A model generated the notes under the pieces. The model searched no databases, was not told where the DNA came from, and saw only the letters and a list, made by a program, of their open reading frames with translations. From positions 32,001 through 96,000 of the forward strand of contig CAMTVD010000022.1 in assembly GCA_947085095.1 (NCBI GenBank): a stretch of DNA of 64,000 nt, written 5' to 3'. Below, one piece after another: positions 16,272 through 25,592 of this stretch. The position numbers and the translations under genes are program-made. Every line of letters begins with the position of its first letter. Within the stretch, counting starts at the first letter, position 1. The stretch is from an uncultured Thermus sp. (GTDB lineage: Bacteria; Deinococcota; Deinococci; Deinococcales; Thermaceae).

Positions 16272-17104
16272 TGGAAGAAGCCCTTTTCCGCGCGGTCCTC
16301 TTCGGCACGCCCATTCTGTTGGCCTCCCTGGGAGCCCTCCTCGCTGAGCGGAGCGGGGTGGTGAACCTGGGGGTGGAGGGGATCATGGCCCTTGCCGCCT
16401 TGGTGGCCTTTGGGGTGGCCCTGGGCTTTACCCCCCTCCTGGGCCTTTTGGCGGGGGTGGGGGTGGGGGTCTTAGGCGGGGTCATCCTGGGGGTTTTTGC
16501 CGTGACCCTGCGGGCCAACCAGTTCGTGGCCGGCCTGGCCGTGGCCGCCTTGGGCCTGGGGGCCTCGGGGCTTCTGGGCAAGCGGTACGAGGGGGTGCCC
16601 CTAGACCACCCCCTTCCCGAGGGGGGCTTGGCCCTTCTCGCCCTGTTTCTGGCCTTTTCCCTCCACCACTTCCTGTACCGCACCCGCTTCGGCCTTTACC
16701 TGAGGAGCGTGGGGGAAAACCCCAAGGCCGCGGACCTCTTCGGGGTGAGCGTGGACGGAGTCCGCTACGGGGCCCTGGCCTTGGGGGGCGGGCTCATGGG
16801 GATGGCCGGGGCCTACCTTTCCCTGGCCTACCGCCCCTCCTGGACGGACGGCATGACCGGGGGGCTAGGGTGGGTGGCCATCGCCTTGGTGATCCTGGCC
16901 GCCTGGGAGCCCCTTAGGGCGATCTTCGGGGCCTACCTTTTTGGCCTCCTCTTCTTCCTGCAGTTCCGCCTGCAGGGCAGTGTACCTATACCGAGCGAGG
17001 CTTTTGCCGCCATGCCCTACCTGTTGGTTATCCTGGTCCTGGCCCTTTCGGGCCGCACCCGGGCCCCCAAGGCCCTGGGTGTGCCCTTTGAGCGGGGGAG
17101 GTAA
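16271..17104 (+). CDS. Nucleoside/sugar ABC permease
   Basis: ERSGVVNLGVEG, GENPKAA, GWVAIALV, PYL. Confidence 0.9.
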   Translation: MEEALFRAVLFGTPILLASLGALLAERSGVVNLGVEGIMALAALVAFGVALGFTPLLGLLAGVGVGVLGGVILGVFAVTLRANQFVAGLAVAALGLGASGLLGKRYEGVPLDHPLPEGGLALLALFLAFSLHHFLYRTRFGLYLRSVGENPKAADLFGVSVDGVRYGALALGGGLMGMAGAYLSLAYRPSWTDGMTGGLGWVAIALVILAAWEPLRAIFGAYLFGLLFFLQFRLQGSVPIPSEAFAAMPYLLVILVLALSGRTRAPKALGVPFERGR

Positions 17105-17109
17105 GGCGT

Positions 17110-18249
17110 ATGCGGAGACTTTTGGTTTTCCTTTTGGCGGCCCTAGGCCTTTCCCTGGCCCAGGGCGAAAAGCTGAAGGCCTGCTTCATTTATGTGGGCC
17201 CCATCGGGGATGCGGGCTGGACCTATGCCCACGATGTGGGCCGGAAGAAGGCGGAGGCCGCTTTGCCCTGGCTGGAAACGCGCTATGTGGAAAGCGTGCC
17301 CGAGGCCCAGGCCCTTCCCGTCATCGACCGCTTTGTGAGGGAGGGGTGCCAGGTGATCTTTGCCACCAGCTTTGGGTACGGAGAGGCGGTCCTCGAGGCC
17401 GCCAAGAAGTACCCGAACATCATCTTCGCCCACGCCACCGGGATCAAGCGGGCTCCCAACGTGGCCACCTACATGGCGGACTTCTACCAGGTCTACTACC
17501 TCAATGGCCTGGCCGCTGGAGCCCTTTCCAAGACGGGTAAGGTGGGGTACGTGGCGGCCTTCCCCATTCCCGAGGTGAAGCGGCACATCAACGCCTTCAC
17601 CCTGGGGGTTCGGGCGGTGAACCCCAAGGCCCAGGTCCTGGTGCGCTGGATCAACGCCTGGTACGACCCCGCCAAGGCCCGCGAGGCCACCGAGGCCCTC
17701 CTGGCCCAGGGGGCCGACGTCTTCGCCTTCACCGAGGACACGCCCACGGTGATCCAGACCGCCGCCAGGAAGGGGGCCTACTCCTTTGGCCACTACACCC
17801 CCATGCTCAAGTTCGCCCCCGACCATGTGGTCTCCGGGCAGATCGTGCATTGGGACGTCATCTACATTGACTTCCTCAAGAAGGTGAAGGAGGGTGTCTA
17901 CACCGCCAAGAACCTGGAGAACGTGGACTACTTCTGGCTCCTCCAGCACAAGGCGGTGGAGGTGGGGGCCGATTACGGGGTGCCCATCAACCCCAAGCAC
18001 GTGCCCCTCTTGCAGAAGGCCCAGATGACCGTGGGAAACAAGAAGGTTTCCGTGTACGAGCGCACCATGGCCCTTCTCAAGGATATGGGGAGCCCCAGGC
18101 CCACCTTTGATCCCTTCACCGGGCCCATCAAGGACCGCAAGGGGGTGGTGCGGATCCCGGCGGGGAGGAAGGCCTCGCTCCAGGAGCTCCTCACCATGGA
18201 GTGGGCGGCCCCCGGGGTGGTGGGGGACTGGCCAGGGGAGCCCAAGTAA
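17110..18249 (+). CDS. BMP-family ABC substrate-binding protein (purine/nucleoside type)
   Basis: Signal peptide; FIYVGPIGDAGWTYAH, FATSFGY, INAF, WYDP. Confidence 0.9.
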   Translation: MRRLLVFLLAALGLSLAQGEKLKACFIYVGPIGDAGWTYAHDVGRKKAEAALPWLETRYVESVPEAQALPVIDRFVREGCQVIFATSFGYGEAVLEAAKKYPNIIFAHATGIKRAPNVATYMADFYQVYYLNGLAAGALSKTGKVGYVAAFPIPEVKRHINAFTLGVRAVNPKAQVLVRWINAWYDPAKAREATEALLAQGADVFAFTEDTPTVIQTAARKGAYSFGHYTPMLKFAPDHVVSGQIVHWDVIYIDFLKKVKEGVYTAKNLENVDYFWLLQHKAVEVGADYGVPINPKHVPLLQKAQMTVGNKKVSVYERTMALLKDMGSPRPTFDPFTGPIKDRKGVVRIPAGRKASLQELLTMEWAAPGVVGDWPGEPK

Positions 18250-18253
18250 TCCC

Positions 18254-18280
18254 AGGGGCCGGGGGTTTCCCGGCCCCTTT
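18254..18280. terminator. Hairpin terminator between convergent genes
   Basis: AGGGGCCGGG-GGTTT-CCCGGCCCCT then TT. Confidence 0.7.
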
Positions 18281-18283
18281 GCC

Positions 18284-19582
18284 TTACAGGCTTCGGAGGA
18301 CGGCCTCGAGGATCTCCAGGCCCATGGCCGCCTCCTCCCGGGAGAGGATCAGGGGCGGGGCCAGGCGCAAAGCGGAAGGACCGGCCGCCAGGGTGAGTAG
18401 GCCCTTCTCAAAGGCCAGCCGCTGGGCCTTGTCCCTCAGGTCCGGCCTCGCCTCCTCCGGGCTCCCGAAGTCCAGGCCGATCATCAGGCCCCGGCCCCGC
18501 ACGTCCCCCAGGGAGGGGAAGCGCTTCTGCATCTCCTTGAGCTCCGAGAGGAGGAAGCCCCCCACCTCCTTGGCGTTTTCCATGAGGCCGCCCTCGAGGA
18601 GGTCCAAGGTGGCGTGGGCCGCCGCCGCCGCCACCGCTTGGCCGCCGAAGGTGGTGCCGTGGGCCCCGGGCCGCCAGCTCCCAAGCTCCTCCCGGAAGAG
18701 GAGGGCGCTTAGGGGGTAGCCGGAGGCCAGGCCCTTGGCCAGGACGTAGACGTCTGCCTCCACCCCCTCGTGCTCCAGGGCAAGGAAGCGCCCCGTGCGC
18801 CCGGCCCCGGTCTGGACCTCGTCCGCCACCAGGAGGATGCCGTGCCGCTCCAGGAGGGCCTTAAGCTTGGGAAGGAAACCAGGCGGGGGCAGGACGTACC
18901 CCCCTTCCCCCTGGATAGGCTCCAGGAAAAAGGCGGCCACCTCCTCCGGGGGTACCACGGTGCGGAAGAGGTGCTCCAGGTGGTCCAAGACCGCCTCCCC
19001 CACCGCCTCGGGCCGGGCCCCCAGGGGGGGGCGGAAGGGGTTGGGGAAGGGGATATGGAGCACCCCGGGGAGGAGGGGGCTGAAGCCCTTGCGGTAGGCG
19101 CTCTTGCTGGCGGTGAGGGAGAGGGCCCCCAGGCTTCGCCCGTGAAAGGCCCCGGTGAAGGCCAGGAGGTAAGGCCTTCCCGTGTGGTGGCGCACCAGCT
19201 TGATGGCGGCCTCAATCCCCTCGGTGCCCGAGTTGCCGAAGAAGACCCGGTAGCCCCCGCCCACCTTGGCCACCAGGCGCTCGGCCAGGGAGAGGGTGGG
19301 CTCGTGGGTGAAGTCGGAGAAGCAGACGTGGGCGAAGCGCTCCGCCTGGGCCCTCACCGCCTCCAATACCTTGGGGTGGGCGTAGCCGGTGGTGTTCACG
19401 GCGATGCCCGCCATGAAGTCCAGGAAGACGTTCCCGTCCACGTCCTCCAGGAAGACCCCTTCCCCCCGGGCGGGGACGAAGGGATAGGGGCGGACATAGG
19501 AGGGGGAAAGCACCCTCTCCCCCCGGTTTAGGAGTTCCTTCGCCCTGGGGCCCGGTAAAGGCGTGGTGACGCTGGGTTTCAT
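18284..19582 (-). CDS. Class III PLP aminotransferase (4-aminobutyrate/acetylornithine family)
   Basis: NSGTEG, FHGR, EPIQGEGGY, DEVQTG, AKGLASG, HGTTFGG. Confidence 0.92.
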   Translation of the reverse strand: MKPSVTTPLPGPRAKELLNRGERVLSPSYVRPYPFVPARGEGVFLEDVDGNVFLDFMAGIAVNTTGYAHPKVLEAVRAQAERFAHVCFSDFTHEPTLSLAERLVAKVGGGYRVFFGNSGTEGIEAAIKLVRHHTGRPYLLAFTGAFHGRSLGALSLTASKSAYRKGFSPLLPGVLHIPFPNPFRPPLGARPEAVGEAVLDHLEHLFRTVVPPEEVAAFFLEPIQGEGGYVLPPPGFLPKLKALLERHGILLVADEVQTGAGRTGRFLALEHEGVEADVYVLAKGLASGYPLSALLFREELGSWRPGAHGTTFGGQAVAAAAAHATLDLLEGGLMENAKEVGGFLLSELKEMQKRFPSLGDVRGRGLMIGLDFGSPEEARPDLRDKAQRLAFEKGLLTLAAGPSALRLAPPLILSREEAAMGLEILEAVLRSL

Positions 19583-19655
19583 ACGGGGCCAGTCTACCAG
19601 GGCCTGGAGGGCTTTCCCAGGCCAACTTTATGCGCTCTTTTGCTGGAGTTTTGCG

Positions 19656-20204
19656 CTAGAGGAGGCCCCTTTCCCGCAGGTGGGGCCTGGCGTAGAAGAG
19701 GGTAAGGGCGGTGGAGGCGTCCAACACCTCGCCCCTTTCCAGGAGGGCGTAGAGCTCTTTCAGGGGAATCTCTAGGGTTTCCAAAAGCTCGCCGTCCTCG
19801 AGGGCCGGCTGGCCCACCCGCCTCGCCCCCAGGGCCAAAAAGGGGTGGAAGACCACGGCGGTGAAGGAGGGCTGGGGGTGGAAGGGGGGGAGGGCCAGGT
19901 AGGTGCTGGCCTCCGCCCCCACCTCCTCCAGAAGCTCCCGCCTCGCCGCCTCCAAGGGGCTTTCCCCTGCGTCCACCTTGCCCGCGGGCACCTCCAGGAG
20001 GAACTTCCCCGTGGGGTGGCGGTACTGGCGGATGAGGAGGGCGGTGGCCCCTTCGGTCACCGGCAGGACGAAGCTGGCCGCCACCGGCCCTGGGCGGTAG
20101 ATGTAGGTGATCTCCTTGCCCGTGTGGGTCTTTAGACGCTCTCTGACCAGGCGCACGGGCTCGGAGAGGATCTCCTCTAGGGACAACCGCTTCCAGGGGC
20201 TCAT
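19656..20204 (-). CDS. Nudix hydrolase (ADP-ribose pyrophosphatase-like; resembles Thermus Ndx2)
   Basis: Nudix box GKVDAGESPLEAARRELLEEVG; RQYRHP. Confidence 0.9.
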   Translation of the reverse strand: MSPWKRLSLEEILSEPVRLVRERLKTHTGKEITYIYRPGPVAASFVLPVTEGATALLIRQYRHPTGKFLLEVPAGKVDAGESPLEAARRELLEEVGAEASTYLALPPFHPQPSFTAVVFHPFLALGARRVGQPALEDGELLETLEIPLKELYALLERGEVLDASTALTLFYARPHLRERGLL

Positions 20205-20587
20205 CGCGTCATGCGCTCAATGACCCGGCGCACCCTCTCCCCGGGGGCCCTGGGCCCTAAGGCCTTGGTCACCGCCCCGATGGCCGCCAGCGGGGTCTTG
20301 AACTGGGCGAAGTCAATGTTCTCCCGGATCCAGGCCTCGAGCTCCTCCTCGGACATCTCCTTAGGGAGGAAGCGGTCCAAGAATTCCACCTCAAAGGCGT
20401 TTCCCTGCTCTAAGGCGATCTCCTTGAGGGCTCTTAGGACCTTCACCGCCTCCTCGTCGGGGAGGGGTTTGCCGTCCCCCTTGCGGTCCAGCTCCGCCTT
20501 CACCACCCGGGCGAAGTCCAGGGTCTTCTGGTCCCGGGCCTTCATGGCCTCCTTGATGGTCTCCTTCAGGGCCTCGTAGATGCTCAT
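20201..20587 (-). CDS. GatB/YqeY domain protein
   Basis: MSIYEALKETIKEAMKARD...FLPKEMSEEEL. Confidence 0.85.
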   Translation of the reverse strand: MSIYEALKETIKEAMKARDQKTLDFARVVKAELDRKGDGKPLPDEEAVKVLRALKEIALEQGNAFEVEFLDRFLPKEMSEEELEAWIRENIDFAQFKTPLAAIGAVTKALGPRAPGERVRRVIERMTR

Positions 20588-20618
20588 CCCCTCCAGTCTA
20601 GCGGGTACAATCCCCCTT

Positions 20619-22109
20619 ATGTGGGCGCTCCTTTCCGTTTCCGACAAGAGGGGGCTTCTCCCCTTTGCGGAAGGGCTGTTGCGGCTTGGGTTCCGCCTTT
20701 TGGCCACCGGGGGCACGCACCAGGCCTTGAAGGAGGCGGGGCTTCCCGTCACCTACATCTCCGACTTCACCGGCTTCCCCGAGGTCCTTGCGGGCCGGGT
20801 CAAGACCCTCCACCCCAAGGTCCACGCCGCCCTTCTGGCCCGGCCGGACCAGGAGGCGGAACTCAAGGACCTGGGGTTTGAGCGCATCGGGGTTTTGGCG
20901 GTGAACCTCTACCCCTTCCGGGAGACCGTGGCCCGGGGGGCCTCCTGGGAGGAGGCTTTGGAGCAGATTGACATCGGGGGGCCCGCCATGCTGCGGGCCG
21001 CCGCCAAGAACCACCAGGCCGTCCTGCCCGTCTGCGACCCCGGGGACTACGGGAAGGTTCTGGAGGCCTTGGAGAAGGGTCCCACCCCGGAGTTCCGAAA
21101 GGAACTGGCCCGCAAGGCCTTCGCCCACACGGCGGCCTACGACGCCGCCATCGCCGAGTGGCTTTCCGGGGAGAAGTTCCCCGAGGACAAGTTCCTGGCC
21201 CTGAAGCGCGTGTCTCCCCTCCGCTACGGGGAGAACCCCCACCAGGAGGCGGCCCTCTACGGGGTGGCGGGGGAGGAGGGACCCCTTCTTAGGGCCCAGG
21301 TCCTCCAGGGGAAGGCCATGAGCTTCAACAACTACCTGGACGCGGAGGCCGCCTGGAACCTGGTCTCCGAGTTCGCCGAGCCCGCCTGCGTGGCCGTGAA
21401 GCACCAGAACCCCTGCGGCGTGGCCCTGGGCCGGGATGCCCTCGAGGCTTACCAGGGGGCCTACGAGGCCGACCCCGTCTCCATCTTCGGAGGGATCGTG
21501 GCCTTCAACCGCCCGGTGGACGGCCCCACCGCCATGGCCATGCGGGAGGTCTTTTTGGAGGTGGTCCTGGCCCCGGACTTCACGGAGGAGGCCCTGGCCG
21601 CCTTTGCCAAGAAGAAAAGCCTGAGGCTCCTTCGGGTGCCCCACCCCGCCCAGGGGCCCTACCTGGACCTGCGGCGGCTTCGGGGGGGGCTCCTCCTCCA
21701 GGATGCGGACACCTCGGACCCGGTGGAGCCCAGGGTGGTCACGGGGAGGGCCCCCACGGAGGCCGAGTGGAATGACCTCTGGTTCGCCTGGAAGGTGGTG
21801 AAGCACGTGCGCTCCAACGCCATCGTGGTGGCCAAGGGGGGGAAGACGCTGGGGATCGGGGTGGGGCAGACCAACCGCTTTGCCGCCGCCAAGCATGCCC
21901 TGAAAACGGCCAAGGAGAAGGCCCGGGGAGCGGTGCTGGCCTCGGACGCCTTCTTCCCCTTTGACGACGTGGTGCGCCTAGCGGCGGACTTCGGCATCGC
22001 CGCCATCATCCAGCCCGGGGGGAGCGTGCGGGACGAGGACTCCATCAAGGCCGCCGACGAGCTCGGCCTGGCCATGGTCTTCACCGGCGTGCGGCACTTC
22101 CGTCACTAG
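20619..22109 (+). CDS. purH: Bifunctional AICAR transformylase / IMP cyclohydrolase
   Basis: ALLSVSDK, GRVKTLHP, IDIGGP, LRYGENPHQ, ASDAFFPF, GVRHFRH. Confidence 0.97.
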   Translation: MWALLSVSDKRGLLPFAEGLLRLGFRLLATGGTHQALKEAGLPVTYISDFTGFPEVLAGRVKTLHPKVHAALLARPDQEAELKDLGFERIGVLAVNLYPFRETVARGASWEEALEQIDIGGPAMLRAAAKNHQAVLPVCDPGDYGKVLEALEKGPTPEFRKELARKAFAHTAAYDAAIAEWLSGEKFPEDKFLALKRVSPLRYGENPHQEAALYGVAGEEGPLLRAQVLQGKAMSFNNYLDAEAAWNLVSEFAEPACVAVKHQNPCGVALGRDALEAYQGAYEADPVSIFGGIVAFNRPVDGPTAMAMREVFLEVVLAPDFTEEALAAFAKKKSLRLLRVPHPAQGPYLDLRRLRGGLLLQDADTSDPVEPRVVTGRAPTEAEWNDLWFAWKVVKHVRSNAIVVAKGGKTLGIGVGQTNRFAAAKHALKTAKEKARGAVLASDAFFPFDDVVRLAADFGIAAIIQPGGSVRDEDSIKAADELGLAMVFTGVRHFRH

Positions 22110-23133
22110 CAAGTTTTCCCGCCTCCCGAAGCCGCCTCGCTGCCTCCTTGAAGCCCACCAGCTTCCGGGTTTCCTCGTCGTGGAGGTGCATGTCGGCGAA
22201 GGCGATCTTGAAGGCGTCCTTCAGGGTGACCGTGGGGGCCACCTTCACCAGGTCCACCTCCTCCTGCACCTTGGGCAGGTGGTAGTTGGGGATCTTGGGG
22301 GCCAGGTGGTGGATGTGGTGGAAGCCGATGTTGCCCGTGAGCCACTGCAGGACCTTGGGGAGCTTCAGGTAGGTGCTCCCCTCCATGGCCGCCTTCAGGT
22401 ACTCCCAGCGGGGGTCGTGCTCCCAGTAGGCGTCCTCAAACTGGTGCTGGACGTAGAAAAGGAAGATGCCCACCATGCCGGCGAAGTACTGGATGGGCAG
22501 GTAGACCAAGAGGAGGGTCTTCAGGCCGAAGGCCAGGTAGATGCCCGCCCAGAGGAGGACCAAAAAGAGGTTGGTGAGGGCCACGGAGTTGCGCACCGAG
22601 GGCTTGTCCGCCCCGTAGCCCAAGGGCAGGCGGTAGGAGAGCATGAAGACGTAGATGGGCCCGAGGAAGAACATGACGAAGGGGTTGCGGTAGATGCGGT
22701 AGGTGAAGCGCTGCCAGGGGCTGGCCTTCAGGTACTCCTCCAGGGTCATGGTGTAGATGTCCCCCACCCCCCGCTTGTCCAGGTTGCCGCTGGTGGCGTG
22801 GTGCCGGGCGTGGGAGAGCTGCCAGTGGTGGTAGGGCACCAGGGTCAGGACCCCGGTGAAGAAGCCCAGGAGGTCGTTCATCCACTTCTTGGGAAAGAAG
22901 GAGCCGTGCCCGGCATCGTGTTGCAGGATGAAAAGCCTGACCAGGAAGAGGGCGGCCACGAAGTCCAGGGCCAGGGTGAGGAGGAGGGAGTAGGAGAGGG
23001 AAAGGTGGGCCAGGTAGAAGAGGCCCAAAAGGGGCAGGAGGGTGTCCGCCACCTGGCGGAGGCTTCGGAGGGTATTGGGTTTGGCGTAGGGTTTGATGAG
23101 GGGGATCCAGTCCTTGGGTTCTACTTTGTTCAT
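22081..23133 (-). CDS. Membrane fatty-acid desaturase (Des-like)
   Basis: Three His boxes HDAGH, HARHH, HHIHH plus QHQFE; TM segments; start taken at MNKVEPKDW. Confidence 0.9.
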   Translation of the reverse strand: MNKVEPKDWIPLIKPYAKPNTLRSLRQVADTLLPLLGLFYLAHLSLSYSLLLTLALDFVAALFLVRLFILQHDAGHGSFFPKKWMNDLLGFFTGVLTLVPYHHWQLSHARHHATSGNLDKRGVGDIYTMTLEEYLKASPWQRFTYRIYRNPFVMFFLGPIYVFMLSYRLPLGYGADKPSVRNSVALTNLFLVLLWAGIYLAFGLKTLLLVYLPIQYFAGMVGIFLFYVQHQFEDAYWEHDPRWEYLKAAMEGSTYLKLPKVLQWLTGNIGFHHIHHLAPKIPNYHLPKVQEEVDLVKVAPTVTLKDAFKIAFADMHLHDEETRKLVGFKEAARRLREAGKLASDGSAARR

Positions 23134-23361
23134 CTTCACCACGCGCTTTTTAGGAGCGCAACTTATTGTAGGCCTTTTTGAATGAAACACATGAGAGGCG
23201 GGACCGCGGACCTACCCACGATCCCAAGGAGCACGCCGCCCTGATTGAGCTGGATGGGGAAATCGCCACCTTGCGGGGTTTCCGCTTCTACCGGGTCCGG
23301 GCGGGAAAGGGAATCCAGGTGAAGAGGTGGGGGAAGCCCTGGGCCTGGCGGTGCCGACGCC

Positions 23362-23820
23362 CTAGCGGGGCTTAAGGCGGTCTTCCGAGTCCAGGATGAG
23401 GGTTACGGGGCCGTCGTTCACCAGGTGGACCCGCATGTGGGCCCCGTAGACCCCGGTTTCCACGTGCACGCCTTGGGCCAGAAAGGCCTCGAGGGCCGCC
23501 TCGTAGAGGCGCCTGCCCAGGTCCGGGGGGGCGGCCTGGAGGAAGGAGGGGCGGTTGCCCTTGCGGGTGTCGGCGTAAAGGGTGAACTGGCTCACCAGGA
23601 GCACCTCCCCCCCCACCTCCTTCAGGGAGAGGTTCATCTTCCCCTCCTCGTCGGGGAAGATGCGCAGCTGGGCGATTTTCCGGGCCAGGTAAAGGGCATC
23701 CTCCCGGGTGTCCTTTTGCCCCACCCCCAGGAGGACCAAAAGCCCCAGGCCGATTCGGCCCACCTCCTCCCCTCCCACCTCCACGAAGGCCCCGGCCACC
23801 CTCTGGACCACCGCCCGCAC
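23362..23820 (-). CDS. dtd: D-aminoacyl-tRNA deacylase
   Basis: MRAVVQRV, SQFTL, GNRPSF, NDGPVT. Confidence 0.96.
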   Translation of the reverse strand: MRAVVQRVAGAFVEVGGEEVGRIGLGLLVLLGVGQKDTREDALYLARKIAQLRIFPDEEGKMNLSLKEVGGEVLLVSQFTLYADTRKGNRPSFLQAAPPDLGRRLYEAALEAFLAQGVHVETGVYGAHMRVHLVNDGPVTLILDSEDRLKPR

Positions 23821-23823
23821 CCC

Positions 23824-24666
23824 TCACCTCCGAGGACCGGCGAAGAAGGCGATGGTGCCGGGGCCGGTGTGCACGCTCACCGCCGCCCCGGCCTGCAGGG
23901 TGGAGAGGATCTGCACCCCCTCGGCTCTAAGGAGCTCCCCCAGGGCCCTGGCCCCCTCGGGGTTGGCCGCGTGGGCCAGGTGGACCAGGGCCCCCTCGGG
24001 GAAGTCCTTGCGGAAGAGCTCCACCATCTTGTGCATCCCTTCGCTGAAGCCCCGCACCTTGGGCCCCGCCTCCACCTGGCCCCTTTTCACCAAGAGGACC
24101 GGGAGGATGCGCAGGAGGCTACCCACGAAGCGCTGGAGCCCCCCGATCCGGCCTGAGCGGTGGAGGTAGGTGAGGGTCTTGGGGAGGACGTAGCCCAAGA
24201 CCCGCTCCCGGTAAGGGGCCACCGCCGCCTCCAGGCGCTCCCAGGCCACCCCTTGTTGGAGGAGGCGGCGGGCCTCCTCGAGGACCAGCCAAAGCCCCCC
24301 ATTCACGGACCAGGAGTCCAGCACCTTGACCCTTTCCCCGTACTCCTGGGCCACGGCCTCGGCGGTGGCCACGGTGCCGGAGAGCTTCCCCGAAACGTGC
24401 ACGGAGAGCACCCGGTCGTGGTCCTCTAGGAGCTTCTCGTAGGTGGCCCTGAGGTCCCCGGGGGCCACCTGGCTGGTGGAGAGCTTCTCCCCCTTGGCCA
24501 AAAGGGCCAGGACCTCCTCGGGGGTGATCTCCAGAAGGTCCCGGTAGCTCTTTCCCCCGTGGATCACCTGCTGGGGCACCAGGTGGATGCCGTGCTCCAG
24601 GGCCTCCTCTGGGGAAAGCCCTAAGGTGGAGTCGGCGACGAAAGCGGTCTTAGAGGCTGTAGGCAT
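23824..24666 (-). CDS. DegV-family fatty-acid-binding protein
   Basis: VADST, STSQ, SGKLSGT, SGRIG, HTGPG. Confidence 0.92.
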   Translation of the reverse strand: MPTASKTAFVADSTLGLSPEEALEHGIHLVPQQVIHGGKSYRDLLEITPEEVLALLAKGEKLSTSQVAPGDLRATYEKLLEDHDRVLSVHVSGKLSGTVATAEAVAQEYGERVKVLDSWSVNGGLWLVLEEARRLLQQGVAWERLEAAVAPYRERVLGYVLPKTLTYLHRSGRIGGLQRFVGSLLRILPVLLVKRGQVEAGPKVRGFSEGMHKMVELFRKDFPEGALVHLAHAANPEGARALGELLRAEGVQILSTLQAGAAVSVHTGPGTIAFFAGPRR

Positions 24667-25492
24667 AAAACCCGTAGGTGCCGGGGCCGGTGTGGCTGGC
24701 GATCACCGCCCCCAGCTCGCTCACCAGGGCCTCCTCCACGGGAAGCCCCGAGGCCAGGACCATCTCCCTAAGCTCCCGCACCGCCTCTTCCTCCCCGCTG
24801 AAGAGGAAAAAGGCCCGGATGCGCCCTCTTCCCGCTGCCCAGGTGCGGAAGTCCTTGGCGATCTCTTCCCGGGCCTTCTTCTCCCCCCGGGCCCGGCCAG
24901 CGGTCTCCACCCGGCCCTCCTTCAGGGTGAGGATGGGCTTGATGTTGAGGAGGGTGCCGAGGAGGGCCTGGGCACCCCCGATGCGCCCGCCCCGCTTCAG
25001 GAACTCCAGGGTGGCCACGGTGAAGCGCACGAAGTGGTCGTCGCGGATGCGCTCCAGCTCCTTGAGGACCTCGGCCAGGCCCTGCCCCTGCTCCAGGAGC
25101 TCGTGGGCCCTCAGGACCATCATGCCAATGCCCAGGGAGGCGGCCTGGGAGTCAAAGACCGTGACCCGTCCCCCAAAGCCTTCCGCCGCCAGCAGGGCGG
25201 ACTGGACCGTACCCGAGAGCTTGGAGGAGATGTGGATGGAAAGGACGTGGTCTGCCTCCTTCAGGACCTCCCCGTACACCCTGGTGAAGTCCTCAGGGGA
25301 GGGTTGGCTGGTGGTGGGGAAGGCCTCCCCCGACCGCACCTTCTGGAAAATCTCCGTAGGGGTGATCTCCTCCCAGTCCCGGTAGACCTTGCCTCCCAGG
25401 TTCACGTAAAGGGGGACCACCCGCACCGAGAGGCGCTCCCTCAGGGGCTTGGGCAGGTCGGCGGTAGAGTCGGTTACCAAGGCTACTTTCAT
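24650..25492 (-). CDS. DegV-family fatty-acid-binding protein
   Basis: VTDSTADL, PTTSQPS, SSKLSGT, GGRIG, HTGPG. Confidence 0.94.
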   Translation of the reverse strand: MKVALVTDSTADLPKPLRERLSVRVVPLYVNLGGKVYRDWEEITPTEIFQKVRSGEAFPTTSQPSPEDFTRVYGEVLKEADHVLSIHISSKLSGTVQSALLAAEGFGGRVTVFDSQAASLGIGMMVLRAHELLEQGQGLAEVLKELERIRDDHFVRFTVATLEFLKRGGRIGGAQALLGTLLNIKPILTLKEGRVETAGRARGEKKAREEIAKDFRTWAAGRGRIRAFFLFSGEEEAVRELREMVLASGLPVEEALVSELGAVIASHTGPGTYGFYAYSL

Positions 25493-25592
25493 AAGCCCTC
25501 CTTTTGGTCTGGACTAGGATACCACAAGGCCCCGGTGTAGTGTACGGGCCGCCTTGCCGCAAGGGCTTTTCCCGTGCTAGGGTCAAGGGTAT

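Noticed and set aside
23178..23375. 65-aa ORF between the desaturase and dtd
   Set aside because: No recognisable motif or clear RBS; it may be a gene remnant but I cannot support a call.
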